Below, piece after piece: positions 50,262 through 60,447 of a DNA stretch of 64,000 bases; within the stretch, counting starts at the first letter, position 1; each line of letters starts with the position of its first letter. The position numbers and the translations under genes are program-made. The notes beneath the pieces were generated by a model. The model saw only the letters and a program-made list of their open reading frames with translations. It made no database searches and was not told the origin of the DNA. Source of the stretch: Promethearchaeota archaeon (GTDB lineage: Archaea > Asgardarchaeota > Lokiarchaeia > Sigyniarchaeales > SOKP01); assembly GCA_019058365.1 (NCBI GenBank), contig JAHPZE010000013.1:49231-113230 (forward strand). The letters run 5' to 3'.

Positions 50262-51371
50262 TTGATAAATGAAGGATTTCGAATGAAGAAATTAAATATT
50301 GGGATATTAGGTGCAACTGGTATTGTAGGACAGAATTATATTAGGTTATTACAAAACCATCCTTGGTTTCAAATTATTGATGTTGCAGCATCTCCTAGAT
50401 CAGCAAATAAAACGTACAAAGAGGCGGTTGAACAAAAATGGCAAATGGCAATTCCAATTCCTCATAATTTACAAAATCTCATTGTTAGAGATGTCCAAGA
50501 TTTTGATTCAATGAGTAATAAGGTAGATTTTGTGTTTTCAGCAATAAGTCTTCCTAATAAAGAAGATATAAAAAATATAGAGTTTAAATATGCTGAAAAA
50601 GGCATCCCAGTTATCTCGAATAACTCAGCACATAGATGGACTCCTGATGTTCCTATGATAATTGGAGAAATTAACTATGAACATGTAAATGTAATTCCAA
50701 TCCAACAAAAAAGAAGGGGATTTAAAAAAGGTTTCGTGGTTGTTAAACCCAATTGTTCACTGCAGAGCTATCTTACTCCAATTTATGCATTAGAAAAAGC
50801 AGGATATAAATTAGATAAGTTAATAATTACAACACTTCAAGCAGTTTCAGGAGCAGGATACCCTGGTGTGTCATCTATGGATATGGTTGATAACATTATT
50901 CCTTATATTGATGGAGAAGAAGAAAAAACTGAAAGAGAGCCTTTAAAAATTCTTGGAACTGTTGGAGAAGATGGTATAATAAATAATAATTCAATAGAAA
51001 TCAGTACTACTTGCACTAGAGTTCCTGTTATTGATGGTCATACAGCCTCGGTTAATATACATTTCACAGATAAAATACCTAAAAAAGATGAAATAATTAC
51101 AATATGGAGGAATTTTAAATCAATACCTCAAGAGTTAGATTTACCCTTTGCCCCCACCCAACCAATTATTTATTTAGAAAATATTGATAGACCACAACCG
51201 AAGAAGGATAGAGATAATGATAAAGGAATGGCTGTCACAGTGGGTAGACTTAGAGAAGATAATGTCTTTGATTATAAATTTGTATCTTTAAGTCATAATA
51301 CTATAAGAGGTGCAGCGGGTGGTGCTATTTTGAATGCAGAATTATTAGTCACTAAAGGTTTTATCAAATAA
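50262..51371 (+). CDS. asd: Aspartate-semialdehyde dehydrogenase
   Basis: GATGIVG, KPNC (catalytic Cys), QAVSGAG, RVPVIDGH, HNTIRGAAG. Confidence 0.95.
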   Translation: MINEGFRMKKLNIGILGATGIVGQNYIRLLQNHPWFQIIDVAASPRSANKTYKEAVEQKWQMAIPIPHNLQNLIVRDVQDFDSMSNKVDFVFSAISLPNKEDIKNIEFKYAEKGIPVISNNSAHRWTPDVPMIIGEINYEHVNVIPIQQKRRGFKKGFVVVKPNCSLQSYLTPIYALEKAGYKLDKLIITTLQAVSGAGYPGVSSMDMVDNIIPYIDGEEEKTEREPLKILGTVGEDGIINNNSIEISTTCTRVPVIDGHTASVNIHFTDKIPKKDEIITIWRNFKSIPQELDLPFAPTQPIIYLENIDRPQPKKDRDNDKGMAVTVGRLREDNVFDYKFVSLSHNTIRGAAGGAILNAELLVTKGFIK

Positions 51372-51414
51372 GATAAAAACTTATTTAAAGGTGTTAATGA
51401 GCCTCTTAAATCTT

Positions 51415-52998
51415 TTAAAATTCAAATTTGTCAATTATGATTGGAAGTGAGAGTTTCAATAAGGATATCGATCTCTTCTTTTTTATTAATCGATAAACAG
51501 GAAATTCTGGATACATTCTAAAATATTTCTCATTTTTCAATAACTTTAACGTCTTAAATCTAGGGATAAAAGAAAATTTGGAGTGATTAAATATAAAATT
51601 CTTGACTATACTCTGAAGTAATACTTTATCGAGAATAATAATAACTGAGGGAGAACCAAATTTTTCTATTGAGGCTCTTCTAATTGAAGATAATGAATTA
51701 GAATTAATATCTGAAAAGAGTTTTTCTTTATTAATTACTCTTATATTTTCCAACCTACTATCTTCAAATTCTAACAAGATTGTGTATACACAGGAATTCT
51801 TTAAAATATTATCTTGAGAACCCTTAATTTTTTTAGTTCTGTTGAGATCTGAAATAATAAGTAGGATTTTAGAATTCAATCCAAAATAGAAATCAATATA
51901 ATTGAAAATCACTTCTGGAATTGCCCAATGAGAAATTTTTTTAAGATTTAAATTGAATCCAATAAGTCTAATTAAAAATCTTACTAGATTATTGTAGATA
52001 GTAGGTCTGGGTACCATATCCCAGTGCGTTTCAAAACTACGGTATCCAAATAGAGCTTTTTGAAATAAGAATTTTAGATTTTCTTTTGTTATAGGAAATA
52101 AAAGTTCGAAAAGATCTGAAATGAAGGATAAAATATCATTCTGATTTAGACAATATACCTTCTCAGTTTTTAATTTTTCTTGTATGATGCTTAAATTGTT
52201 TTTTATATCTGAATCATTCAGATTAATTCCTAATTCTTCTGGAGTAAAGAATTTTAATGTTAAATCTGACTTTTCAGACTTTAAAATTGTTTTTTGTAAA
52301 AGAACTATTAATTTTTTTCTATTTCCGTTTATTAGTAGAGATGTATTGAACTCTGGTAGAAGTTCTTCCATAAATTTAAAGAAGTTACTGAGTTGTATTT
52401 TATTTAATAATTTTATACCACTTTTAAGAAAATGAAAGATAATTGGCTCAGGGTAGATTAAAAATAAATCATTTTCTAAGATTTTTTGAATTAAATCCAT
52501 AATTCGATTTAAAAACTCAAAAAGGGATACTTCCTCAATTTTTTCAGAGTGGTTATTTATCAAGTCAATAGCTTCTTTCTTGAATATACGAATTGATGAG
52601 ATTTGAATATTTTTTTCCTTCAATAGAACGCTTTGTACTTTGCTAAATATATCATCTAACCTTTCAATTTCTAGACTTTTAATCTTAAATAGCTTATCCG
52701 GTAATGATTCTACAGTTTCGTGGATTCCAGCCTTTTTAGTTTTATATAAAAATAAACCTAATATTTTATTTTTTTTATCAACCTCATGTATAATTATATC
52801 AAGAATGTTCTGTTGGTCATTAATAAATTTTGGATATAAAATTTCAAAAAAATAGTATAAGATATTTGGATTTATAGTTATGGGGCTTAACGGTATTCTT
52901 ACAACTTCCTTTACTTTTTCGGGATCTTCCAATATATTTCTATTCTTATTGAAACTTAGTATTTTTGACCAGTTATCCCTAAATTTTTTGTTAATCAA
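51415..52998 (-). CDS. Hypothetical protein
   Basis: 527-aa ORF immediately downstream of the DUF362 gene; no motif recognised. Confidence 0.65.
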   Translation of the reverse strand: MINKKFRDNWSKILSFNKNRNILEDPEKVKEVVRIPLSPITINPNILYYFFEILYPKFINDQQNILDIIIHEVDKKNKILGLFLYKTKKAGIHETVESLPDKLFKIKSLEIERLDDIFSKVQSVLLKEKNIQISSIRIFKKEAIDLINNHSEKIEEVSLFEFLNRIMDLIQKILENDLFLIYPEPIIFHFLKSGIKLLNKIQLSNFFKFMEELLPEFNTSLLINGNRKKLIVLLQKTILKSEKSDLTLKFFTPEELGINLNDSDIKNNLSIIQEKLKTEKVYCLNQNDILSFISDLFELLFPITKENLKFLFQKALFGYRSFETHWDMVPRPTIYNNLVRFLIRLIGFNLNLKKISHWAIPEVIFNYIDFYFGLNSKILLIISDLNRTKKIKGSQDNILKNSCVYTILLEFEDSRLENIRVINKEKLFSDINSNSLSSIRRASIEKFGSPSVIIILDKVLLQSIVKNFIFNHSKFSFIPRFKTLKLLKNEKYFRMYPEFPVYRLIKKKRSISLLKLSLPIIIDKFEF

Positions 52999-53002
52999 TT
53001 AA

Positions 53003-54475
53003 CTAAAGCACCTCCCAGTTCTTTAATTCATCAAGTAATTTCCCATTTACCCAAAACTCGTTCATTTTTGTAAGTAAGTTTAAGTTAGGAACATTTTTCT
53101 TTCCATAATATTTCATTATTAATTCTAAACACTTGAAAATATCAGGAGGACACCCAGGTAATTCCAAAATATTTTTATTTGGTTTTTCCTTGATTTTAGG
53201 TCTCTTCTTCGACTTAGATTCTTTAAAAAGCTTAGCTTTTGCTTCCGCTATAAGATTTTTTCTGGACTCAACTATTAATTTTCTAAATTTATAGTTTTTT
53301 GTGCTATTTATTGCACAATCTCCAAATAGAATAACATTTCCCATTTTTTCTGGCTCTATTGGACTTTCACCAATTAAAAAAGAATTGGTAGAATTATATG
53401 TTAAATCTTTTACCATATATGTCTTCATGAAATTTATTAAATGATAAGCCTGTTTGAAGCATCCAGAACAGTATTTACCCGGATATGTGAAAATGTTTTT
53501 CAGCTTAATATCTTCAATTTTTGAAAAGCATAATTTAACATTCATACTATTTTCTTCAATTTTTTCTCCAAGAACTTTAATATCTGAAATTTTTGGTACA
53601 CTGAAATTTTTGCTTTGTGCTTGTTGTAGTAATTCACAATCATCTATTTCAAAGTTGAGTATCTTTAAAGTAATAAGATCGACCGAAATCGCATCTTCTC
53701 CTAAAATCATTAAATTAGTCTTTTTTATTTTAGAATCTTTATAGATAAAAGGACCAGCACCTTCTAATAAATAAAATAAATCATTAATTACTAAATTAGG
53801 GCGTTTAACTGTAAATATATTTAAAATGTTTGAAATAATATCTTTTTTATATTGATCAGCAGAATTATATTCAATAGTACTATGCTGGGTTTTTCCAATT
53901 TTACGATATTTTGCTGGAATAATAGAATATGAATTTAATAAGGATAAATTGAATTTGAATAAGGGATTTACGTTTATCTGATTAACAGATATAAATTTAT
54001 TTGAATTAAGAATTATATTTGGGATAGGATAATCATTTTCATTTATTTTAACATTTGTAAAGGAATCTCTTTTTATTTTTTTCAATTGTTCTATGCTTAA
54101 ATCTTTATTATCATAATAGTTGCTATTGTCTAAAAATGCCAACTCTGCACCAATAGTTTTAAAATAATCTTTCAAGTTTAATATATCTGAAAGGACTTTA
54201 ATTGGAATGCCGTTGACAGGAAAACTACCCAAAGAGATTTTACTAGCTCCTCCTTCCTTGCAAGATTTGATAAGTTCTTCTAAAACATCAAAATTAGTAT
54301 TTGTAGGAAAGCCTCCCGGTAAATTTAAATTAAATTTTATAAAAACTTGGTCACCTTCATCAATAAATTTAGAAATGCCTCCAAGTATTTCAATTCCTTT
54401 TAGCAAAGTTTCTTTTGGCGTATTAGCCTTACTGATAGCAACTTCAAGTTTCTTCGATTTTGATTGGACTAGCAT
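53003..54475 (-). CDS. DUF362-domain Fe-S protein
   Basis: LGGISKFI..GDQVFIKFN, EGAGP, CSGC, FGDCA, PGCPP. Confidence 0.8.
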   Translation of the reverse strand: MLVQSKSKKLEVAISKANTPKETLLKGIEILGGISKFIDEGDQVFIKFNLNLPGGFPTNTNFDVLEELIKSCKEGGASKISLGSFPVNGIPIKVLSDILNLKDYFKTIGAELAFLDNSNYYDNKDLSIEQLKKIKRDSFTNVKINENDYPIPNIILNSNKFISVNQINVNPLFKFNLSLLNSYSIIPAKYRKIGKTQHSTIEYNSADQYKKDIISNILNIFTVKRPNLVINDLFYLLEGAGPFIYKDSKIKKTNLMILGEDAISVDLITLKILNFEIDDCELLQQAQSKNFSVPKISDIKVLGEKIEENSMNVKLCFSKIEDIKLKNIFTYPGKYCSGCFKQAYHLINFMKTYMVKDLTYNSTNSFLIGESPIEPEKMGNVILFGDCAINSTKNYKFRKLIVESRKNLIAEAKAKLFKESKSKKRPKIKEKPNKNILELPGCPPDIFKCLELIMKYYGKKNVPNLNLLTKMNEFWVNGKLLDELKNWEVL

Positions 54476-54546
54476 GAAAAAATTTTACAAAATTCATATA
54501 TTAAATTAATAATATAAAATAATGAAAGTATTGAATTTTAAGTTAA

Positions 54547-55428
54547 GTGATAACTAGGATGTCAAAAATTATTATAAACGAGAATGCTATTCAAATTCCA
54601 TCAGATAGCATTGGAATCGATATGGGACAAAGTCTTTCGAAAATTGCTTATTTAGAATGTACGGAATTAACTTTTTTTTCCTTTCCAACTCAAACTAGTA
54701 TTCTAAGGATTAAAGAATTTTTAAATTCGAAAAAAGGTCATGAAAATATTCTTAACTTTACGGGTGGAAAGAGCTTTAATTTGTATAAAGAATATTCAAA
54801 AATTTTCAAAACAAAGATAATAAATGAATTCGAAGCAAATGTTAAGGGGGTTGAATTCCTCTATAAAATAGAAAAAAAGAAAGAACTCCCGCGAGCATTA
54901 ATAGTAACTATAGGTACTGGAACATCATTGGTTTTAAAAGATGATAACTATGAACATGTAGGTGGTTCTGCGCTCGGTGGCGGTTTTTTTATGGGTTTAA
55001 TTAAAGCTCAATTTAATCTGAATGACTATGAAGAAGCTTTAAACCTTGCAAAAAAAGGAAACAGATATAATGTAGATTTGAAGGTTTCTGATATATACTC
55101 ATTGGATGACGAGAGAGTTGATTTATTGTTCAGAGAATTCACTGCTGCATCATTAGGTAAGATTGATGATAAATTTAATGTTGAATCTTTAAATAAAGGC
55201 GATTTTATTAATTCTACAATCTGTCTAATTGGCGAAAATTTAGGTACAATTGCTACAATTATAGCGGAGAATAATGATGTAACAGATATTGTCTTTTGTG
55301 GAGGATTTCTAAAAGGAAATAAGATTTTAAAGAAAATCTTATCTTTAATTTGTAAAGTCAATAAAAAGAAAGCGATATTTGTAAGAAATTCAGAATTTTG
55401 TGCTGCAATTGGAGCATTGCTTATGTAA
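54547..55428 (+). CDS. coaW: Type II (fumble/CoaW-like) pantothenate kinase
   Basis: GIDMGQSLSK, FTGG, EFEA, IGTGTS, GGSALGGG, GN...VDLKVSDIY, AAIGA. Confidence 0.85.
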   Translation: MITRMSKIIINENAIQIPSDSIGIDMGQSLSKIAYLECTELTFFSFPTQTSILRIKEFLNSKKGHENILNFTGGKSFNLYKEYSKIFKTKIINEFEANVKGVEFLYKIEKKKELPRALIVTIGTGTSLVLKDDNYEHVGGSALGGGFFMGLIKAQFNLNDYEEALNLAKKGNRYNVDLKVSDIYSLDDERVDLLFREFTAASLGKIDDKFNVESLNKGDFINSTICLIGENLGTIATIIAENNDVTDIVFCGGFLKGNKILKKILSLICKVNKKKAIFVRNSEFCAAIGALLM

Positions 55429-55430
55429 AG

Positions 55431-55500
55431 TGTGCGCCGATTTGGAGATTTTTATTCATCGAAGTAAAATTCTCGTAAAAACACTATAAATCGGCGCATA
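55431..55500. terminator. Imperfect inverted repeat between convergent genes
   Basis: tgcgccgattt (55433-55443) pairs with aaatcggcgca (55488-55498), with further imperfect inner pairing. Confidence 0.5.
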
Positions 55501-55543
55501 ATTATTAAAAAAATATAACTAGAAAATAAAGTTATAAATTGAT

Positions 55544-56173
55544 TTAAGTATTTTGCGAATGTTTTTCAAGTAAATCTTTATTTGTTTTACCCATTTTTAT
55601 TGCTAATTCTGCTATTATAGCATCTAGATAACAGAATGCAGCAATTTCAAACATCGTGCCTTCCGGTGCAAGAACTGCTGTATCTCCAACTGCCTTATCT
55701 CTTTTACTTCTTCCTTTCAATTTAATAGTTATATCACCTATTCTCCCGATTACCGTTTCGGGATGACTCGTTATAGTAACTATTCCATAAGGTTTAACCG
55801 TATTTACATAATTGTTTAATAAGCTAACAACAATTCCCGTAGTCCCAGATCCAGAAAGTACAATCAAAATATCCTTTTTTCGTAATGCAGGCATGCTTGC
55901 TAAGTTTGTGACTATATATACTTCAGCTCCCAGATGCACTAACCTCGTCGCAAAACACTCTAAAATAAAAGCACTTCTACCAGAAGCTAACAAGAAAAAT
56001 CTACGCTTATTTGTTAACCCATCAAGGACTAAATCAATAAATTTACTGGTATATTTGAAATTCTTGTCTAAATGATCAATATTAGCTTTAATATTGTTCA
56101 TTATTAATTCCATAGATTGAAACAAAATTCTTTTTATTTCTCCATTAACAGCTAATTCATTAGTCTCAGTCAT
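55544..56173 (-). CDS. SIS-domain 6-phospho-3-hexuloisomerase-like protein
   Basis: SGRSA, RLVHLG, SGSGTT, ITS, APEGTMFE, terminal H. Confidence 0.85.
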   Translation of the reverse strand: MTETNELAVNGEIKRILFQSMELIMNNIKANIDHLDKNFKYTSKFIDLVLDGLTNKRRFFLLASGRSAFILECFATRLVHLGAEVYIVTNLASMPALRKKDILIVLSGSGTTGIVVSLLNNYVNTVKPYGIVTITSHPETVIGRIGDITIKLKGRSKRDKAVGDTAVLAPEGTMFEIAAFCYLDAIIAELAIKMGKTNKDLLEKHSQNT

Positions 56174-56243
56174 GTGATGTTGTTACCCACTAATTGATAT
56201 TTTATCAATTTCCAATAGTTATAATCTTAGACTTAAAATAATA

Positions 56244-56402
56244 TTTTTGGTTAATACTTATTTTCTATTAAAGTTTTTAAACTCCATTATCAAACCATTA
56301 TTTCTGCTGAAAATCGATGAGATCATGTATAGTGTTGAAAAAATACAATAAAAAATTGAACTTCAGTTTAAACTTCATTTTAAATTCTTCAATCACATCT
56401 AT
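56244..56402 (+). repeat. Intergenic direct repeat copy 1 (~160 bp)
   Basis: tttttggttaatacttattttcta...tatcaaaccattatttctgctgaaaat recurs at 58999. Confidence 0.85.
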
Positions 56403-56602
56403 AAATGTTATATTTTTTATTAAAAAAAAAGAAAAACACAGTTAAATTAGAGGAGTTCAGGGAAAAATTATTCAAAATTTCTTTCCTTCTTCTCTGTATA
56501 AATTCCTTAGATTTACTAATTCAGTTCTATAGAAAAAGCAACCTTAGATTGTATAGCTGGTAGTCCGAAATAATTACGATTTAGTTGGCATTATTCATAT
56601 TT

Positions 56603-58387
56603 TTATTTCGGTATAGTACAAGTAAAAGTGCTACCCTTTCCTAATTCACTGGAAAAGGATATTTGCCCTCCGTGAAGATTAACTAAATGATGGGTTATAG
56701 CTAATCCTAATCCCACGCCTTGTGAATCTTGTATCTCTGGATTCTTGATTTTCTTGAATTCTTCAAAAATATTGATAAACTCCTCTTCAGCGATACCAAT
56801 ACCTGTATCGATTATATTAAATTCAAAACAATCATTCAATTCTTTCACTCTTAAGGTCACTCTTCCCTTTTGGGTAAACTTAACCGCATTGTGAAGTAAG
56901 TTGAATAAAATTTCTTTTAACCTAATAAAATCAGCACTAATGAATTCTGAAGTAGTATATTTTTCAATGTGAAATTCTAAATTCTTTTTTCTACATAAAG
57001 GTTTGAGAATAGTTTGAATGTGCTTTAGCAAGGTATCTATATTAATTCCTTTAATTTCGAGTGCTAATTCTCCCGCTTCGATTTTTGAAAGGCTCAGAAG
57101 GTGATTGATTAATTCCAGTAAGTCATTCGAAGAGAGCTTTACATCAGAAAGAAAATCGTTCTGACATTTATTCAAGGGACCACAATGATCTTCCAAGAGT
57201 AGATCGACGAACCCCATTATTGCATTAAGTGGTGTCCTCAACTCATGAGACATTGACATCATAAATTTCGATTTAAACTGAGATTTTTGAACGGCTTCTT
57301 TAAGTTGTTGTTCTATTTTTCTTGTGTTAGTGATATTTCTACCGATATATATTATTCCTCGTAAATTTCCGATTTTATCACTAATCTTAGAGGCTGTTAA
57401 GGATATTTTTATTTTTTCATTAGCCTTTGTTTTAAAATCCACTTCAATATCCTTAAGAAATTCACCATTTTGATCGCCTATGAGTAATTGAAATTGATAC
57501 TGGTATAACTTGCGATCTTGCTCTGTTGCTAATAAAAACACGAATAATTTTCCCTTTAACTCTTTTTCTTGATACTGAAGCAAATCCCATAATCCTTGAT
57601 TTGATGATAAGATTTTGCCCTCTAAATTAGTTAGAATCAGGTAATCTGATATGGTAGAAAAGATTTTATCCGAAGCAATTGTTAAATCTAGAGAAAACAA
57701 CTCATATTTCCATATTGCATAAAAAATAAAAAGACACGAAAAAGAATAACCAAAAACCGAGAAGGAAGGAAATTTCAATTGAAGAATGGTCGAAATAAAA
57801 AAATCAGTTAATAAAAATAATAATACAGGAATTATACAACCAATTGATATAAACTTTGCTTGTTGTTTTTTATTACTACTAGAACTATTGAAATATACCC
57901 ATATACTTAAATAGAGTCCAAAAACAAAACAAAACAGTATATATGTAAATGAAAGATATAAAAAAAAGCTCAGTAATGGATTTGTAAGATCACCATAATC
58001 CCAACCCCAATAATCTAACTCTATTTCCATTCTATATACATATAAGTAGAAATTTATAAACACTAATCCCATAGTAAAAAGATAAATAGAAAATATTATC
58101 CATTTTTTATCTCTAATATTATATTTCTCTGAAAATAATAACATAAAATGAATCCATAAGGTCGCAATTAAAACATATATAGGAGTAAAGAAAAACCAAA
58201 ATAAAGCTTCTTCTAAATTATCAGCTTGTCTCAATCCAAATTCTATGAAACCGTAAAATGATACGGAAAGACACAAAATGGCAAAAATTCTATTTAATGA
58301 GCCTTTAGGATTTTTTGAATAAGAAAAAATTGCGATAGCGAAAGAAATAATAGCTCCGAGAAATGAAAAAAATGCATATATATTCAT
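56603..58387 (-). CDS. Sensor histidine kinase (7TM N-terminus, PAS, HisKA, HATPase)
   Basis: Hydrophobic N-terminal helices, SHELRTPL, NLLHNAVKFT, DTGIG, GVGLGL, GKGSTF. Confidence 0.93.
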   Translation of the reverse strand: MNIYAFFSFLGAIISFAIAIFSYSKNPKGSLNRIFAILCLSVSFYGFIEFGLRQADNLEEALFWFFFTPIYVLIATLWIHFMLLFSEKYNIRDKKWIIFSIYLFTMGLVFINFYLYVYRMEIELDYWGWDYGDLTNPLLSFFLYLSFTYILFCFVFGLYLSIWVYFNSSSSNKKQQAKFISIGCIIPVLLFLLTDFFISTILQLKFPSFSVFGYSFSCLFIFYAIWKYELFSLDLTIASDKIFSTISDYLILTNLEGKILSSNQGLWDLLQYQEKELKGKLFVFLLATEQDRKLYQYQFQLLIGDQNGEFLKDIEVDFKTKANEKIKISLTASKISDKIGNLRGIIYIGRNITNTRKIEQQLKEAVQKSQFKSKFMMSMSHELRTPLNAIMGFVDLLLEDHCGPLNKCQNDFLSDVKLSSNDLLELINHLLSLSKIEAGELALEIKGINIDTLLKHIQTILKPLCRKKNLEFHIEKYTTSEFISADFIRLKEILFNLLHNAVKFTQKGRVTLRVKELNDCFEFNIIDTGIGIAEEEFINIFEEFKKIKNPEIQDSQGVGLGLAITHHLVNLHGGQISFSSELGKGSTFTCTIPK

Positions 58388-58752
58388 ACACTCTTACCTT
58401 CCTTTTGCAAATATTCTTGATCAAAGTTTCTAAATTTTGTTATCTTTTTTGGTTTTGAAATGTATTCATTAAAGTCCATCATCAATATTTGTTCCATATC
58501 TCCTTTCAAAGCAAATGTAGTAACAGCATTGATTGGTGTGGTTTTAAATTTATCTAACTTTCTTAACTCTTGGCATATTTTTATCCCGCTCATTTCTGGC
58601 AGTTGGATATCCAAAATTATTAAATCGGGAGAAAGTGATTTTATTTTTTTAAGAGCAATCCACCCTCTCTCTTCTGTATTAATCTCGCAATCAGGTAAGA
58701 TTTCTAAGAGTGCTCTAAATAACTTTAAATTCTTTTGATCATCCTCAACCAC
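58384..58752 (-). CDS. Single-domain response regulator (DivK/CheY-like)
   Basis: VEDD, LDIQLPEMSG, SKP; overlaps kinase start. Confidence 0.85.
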   Translation of the reverse strand: MVEDDQKNLKLFRALLEILPDCEINTEERGWIALKKIKSLSPDLIILDIQLPEMSGIKICQELRKLDKFKTTPINAVTTFALKGDMEQILMMDFNEYISKPKKITKFRNFDQEYLQKEGKSV

Positions 58753-58864
58753 GAAAAGGATGGTTTTTTTAATAAAAATTAACTCATTTTTATGGAGTAT
58801 ATATTGAAAGAATTGTAAAAAAATTCTATTATATATTTTTGCTTTTTTTTAAAAATTAATATTA

Positions 58865-58996
58865 ATGAATATAATTAAATATTAAAATAAAAAAATTATT
58901 GAAGGGAATCTTTTAAATCCTTTGCCTGTAATTTTAGTTGGAGCAAGCATTCCTTCGGAGGATCTCGTGGAAAAAGCAGACATCTGTGGTAATAAA
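58865..58996 (+). pseudogene. Internally deleted remnant of a flavin-reductase paralogue of 59812..60369
   Basis: Encodes IIEGNLLNPLPVILVGA fused directly to SIPSEDLVEKADICGNK, two segments ~45 aa apart in the intact gene. Confidence 0.8.
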
Positions 58997-58998
58997 GC

Positions 58999-59157
58999 TT
59001 TTTGGTTAATACTTATTTTCTAATACAGTTTTTAAAGTCCACTATCAAACCATTATTTCTGCTGAAAATTGATGAGATTATAGATGATGTTGATAAATAC
59101 ATTTAAAAAGTTAAATATCGGTTTAAAGTTCATTCTAAGTTCAATAATTTCACCTAT
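58999..59157 (+). repeat. Intergenic direct repeat copy 2
   Basis: Diverged copy of 56244..56402 (offset 2755). Confidence 0.85.
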
Positions 59158-59206
59158 TTATATTATCAAATCCTATAATATTCATAGATCTTAAAAGAGT
59201 GAAATA

Positions 59207-59785
59207 ATGAATAAAAATAAAATTTCTCCTAAAGCCTATTTATTTCCTATGCCAGTCGCTCTTATCGGGGCAAATGTGAAGGGAAGACCAAATTTTGAGA
59301 CACTTGCATATGTCGGTATTGTCGAAAGTCAGCCACCATTAATTTCAATAGCTTCTTATGAGACTCATTATACAAATATTGGAATTAAGGAAAATGGAAC
59401 ATTTAGCGTTAACACCCCCTCGGAAGATTTAGCAGAATTAATTGATTTTTGTGGTATCGTTTCAGGTAAAGAAATAGATAAATCAGAAGTATTTGATGTA
59501 TTTTACGGGGATCTTAAAACAGCACCAATGGTAAGCCAATCACCATTAAATCTTGAATGTGAGGTTATTAAAACCATTAAGATAAAGGAATTAGTGGAGA
59601 TCGATAAAGGCCATGAAGTTTTTATCGGAAAAGTAGTAAATGTTTACGCTGATGAGAAAATTTTAACAGAAGGAATACCTGATATTGTTAAATTTAGAAC
59701 ATATACGTATTCTCTAAATAATTATTGGAAAGTCGGAGAAAAGCTTGCACCGGCATTTGAGATAGGAAAAAATTATAAAAAATAA
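59207..59785 (+). CDS. Flavin reductase/flavoredoxin family protein
   Basis: FPMPVALIGA, FSVNTP, CGIVSG..DKS, APM...PLNLEC, H. Confidence 0.9.
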   Translation: MNKNKISPKAYLFPMPVALIGANVKGRPNFETLAYVGIVESQPPLISIASYETHYTNIGIKENGTFSVNTPSEDLAELIDFCGIVSGKEIDKSEVFDVFYGDLKTAPMVSQSPLNLECEVIKTIKIKELVEIDKGHEVFIGKVVNVYADEKILTEGIPDIVKFRTYTYSLNNYWKVGEKLAPAFEIGKNYKK

Positions 59786-59811
59786 TAAAGTTCAAACTTT
59801 TTTTTGATTTA

Positions 59812-60369
59812 ATGAATAAAGAAAACTTAAATAGACAAATTATTGAAGGAAATCTTTTAAGTCCTTTACCTGTAATTTTGGTGGGAGCTAATGTACATAA
59901 TAAGCCCAACTATCTGGTAATTGGTTATAGTTGTCCATTTGATTTTGGCAAATATATTTTCTTTAGTCTATATCCAAAGCGCTATACTGCAATCGGAATT
60001 CATGAGAATATGACCTTTAGTGTAAATATCCCTTCAGAGGATTTAGTGGAAAAAACAAAAATTTGTGGAAATAAATCTGGACGAGATATTGATAAAAGTT
60101 CCCTCTTTGATAATTTTTACGGAGAATTAAAAACAGCCCCAATGATTCGTGAATGTCCAGTAAATATAGAATGTAAAGTACATGAAATCCTTGACTATGG
60201 CGATGGTGAAGGAATTATTGGCAAGGTAATTAAATCTTATGTAAATCAACAATACACATTTGAAGAAGAAGGTGATATTAAACTCGATTGGAGGAAGATT
60301 CACCCTATAATTTGGGCTACAGGGGGAGATTTCAATTATTATAAACTTGGTGAAAGAATTAAATCTTAA
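59812..60369 (+). CDS. Flavin reductase/flavoredoxin family protein (paralogue)
   Basis: PLPVILVGA, FSVNIP, CGNKSG.DIDKS, APMI.ECPVNIEC. Confidence 0.88.
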   Translation: MNKENLNRQIIEGNLLSPLPVILVGANVHNKPNYLVIGYSCPFDFGKYIFFSLYPKRYTAIGIHENMTFSVNIPSEDLVEKTKICGNKSGRDIDKSSLFDNFYGELKTAPMIRECPVNIECKVHEILDYGDGEGIIGKVIKSYVNQQYTFEEEGDIKLDWRKIHPIIWATGGDFNYYKLGERIKS

Positions 60370-60447
60370 GAATTAGAATGATGGAACTTAGTCTCAGCTT
60401 GATAAGATTCTAACTAATTTTTTAAAGGATGTAATTGATTTAAATAC

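Noticed and set aside
55431-55500. Hairpin as a possible SECIS element
   Set aside because: Neither flanking gene has an in-frame UGA and I could not identify a convincing SECIS core
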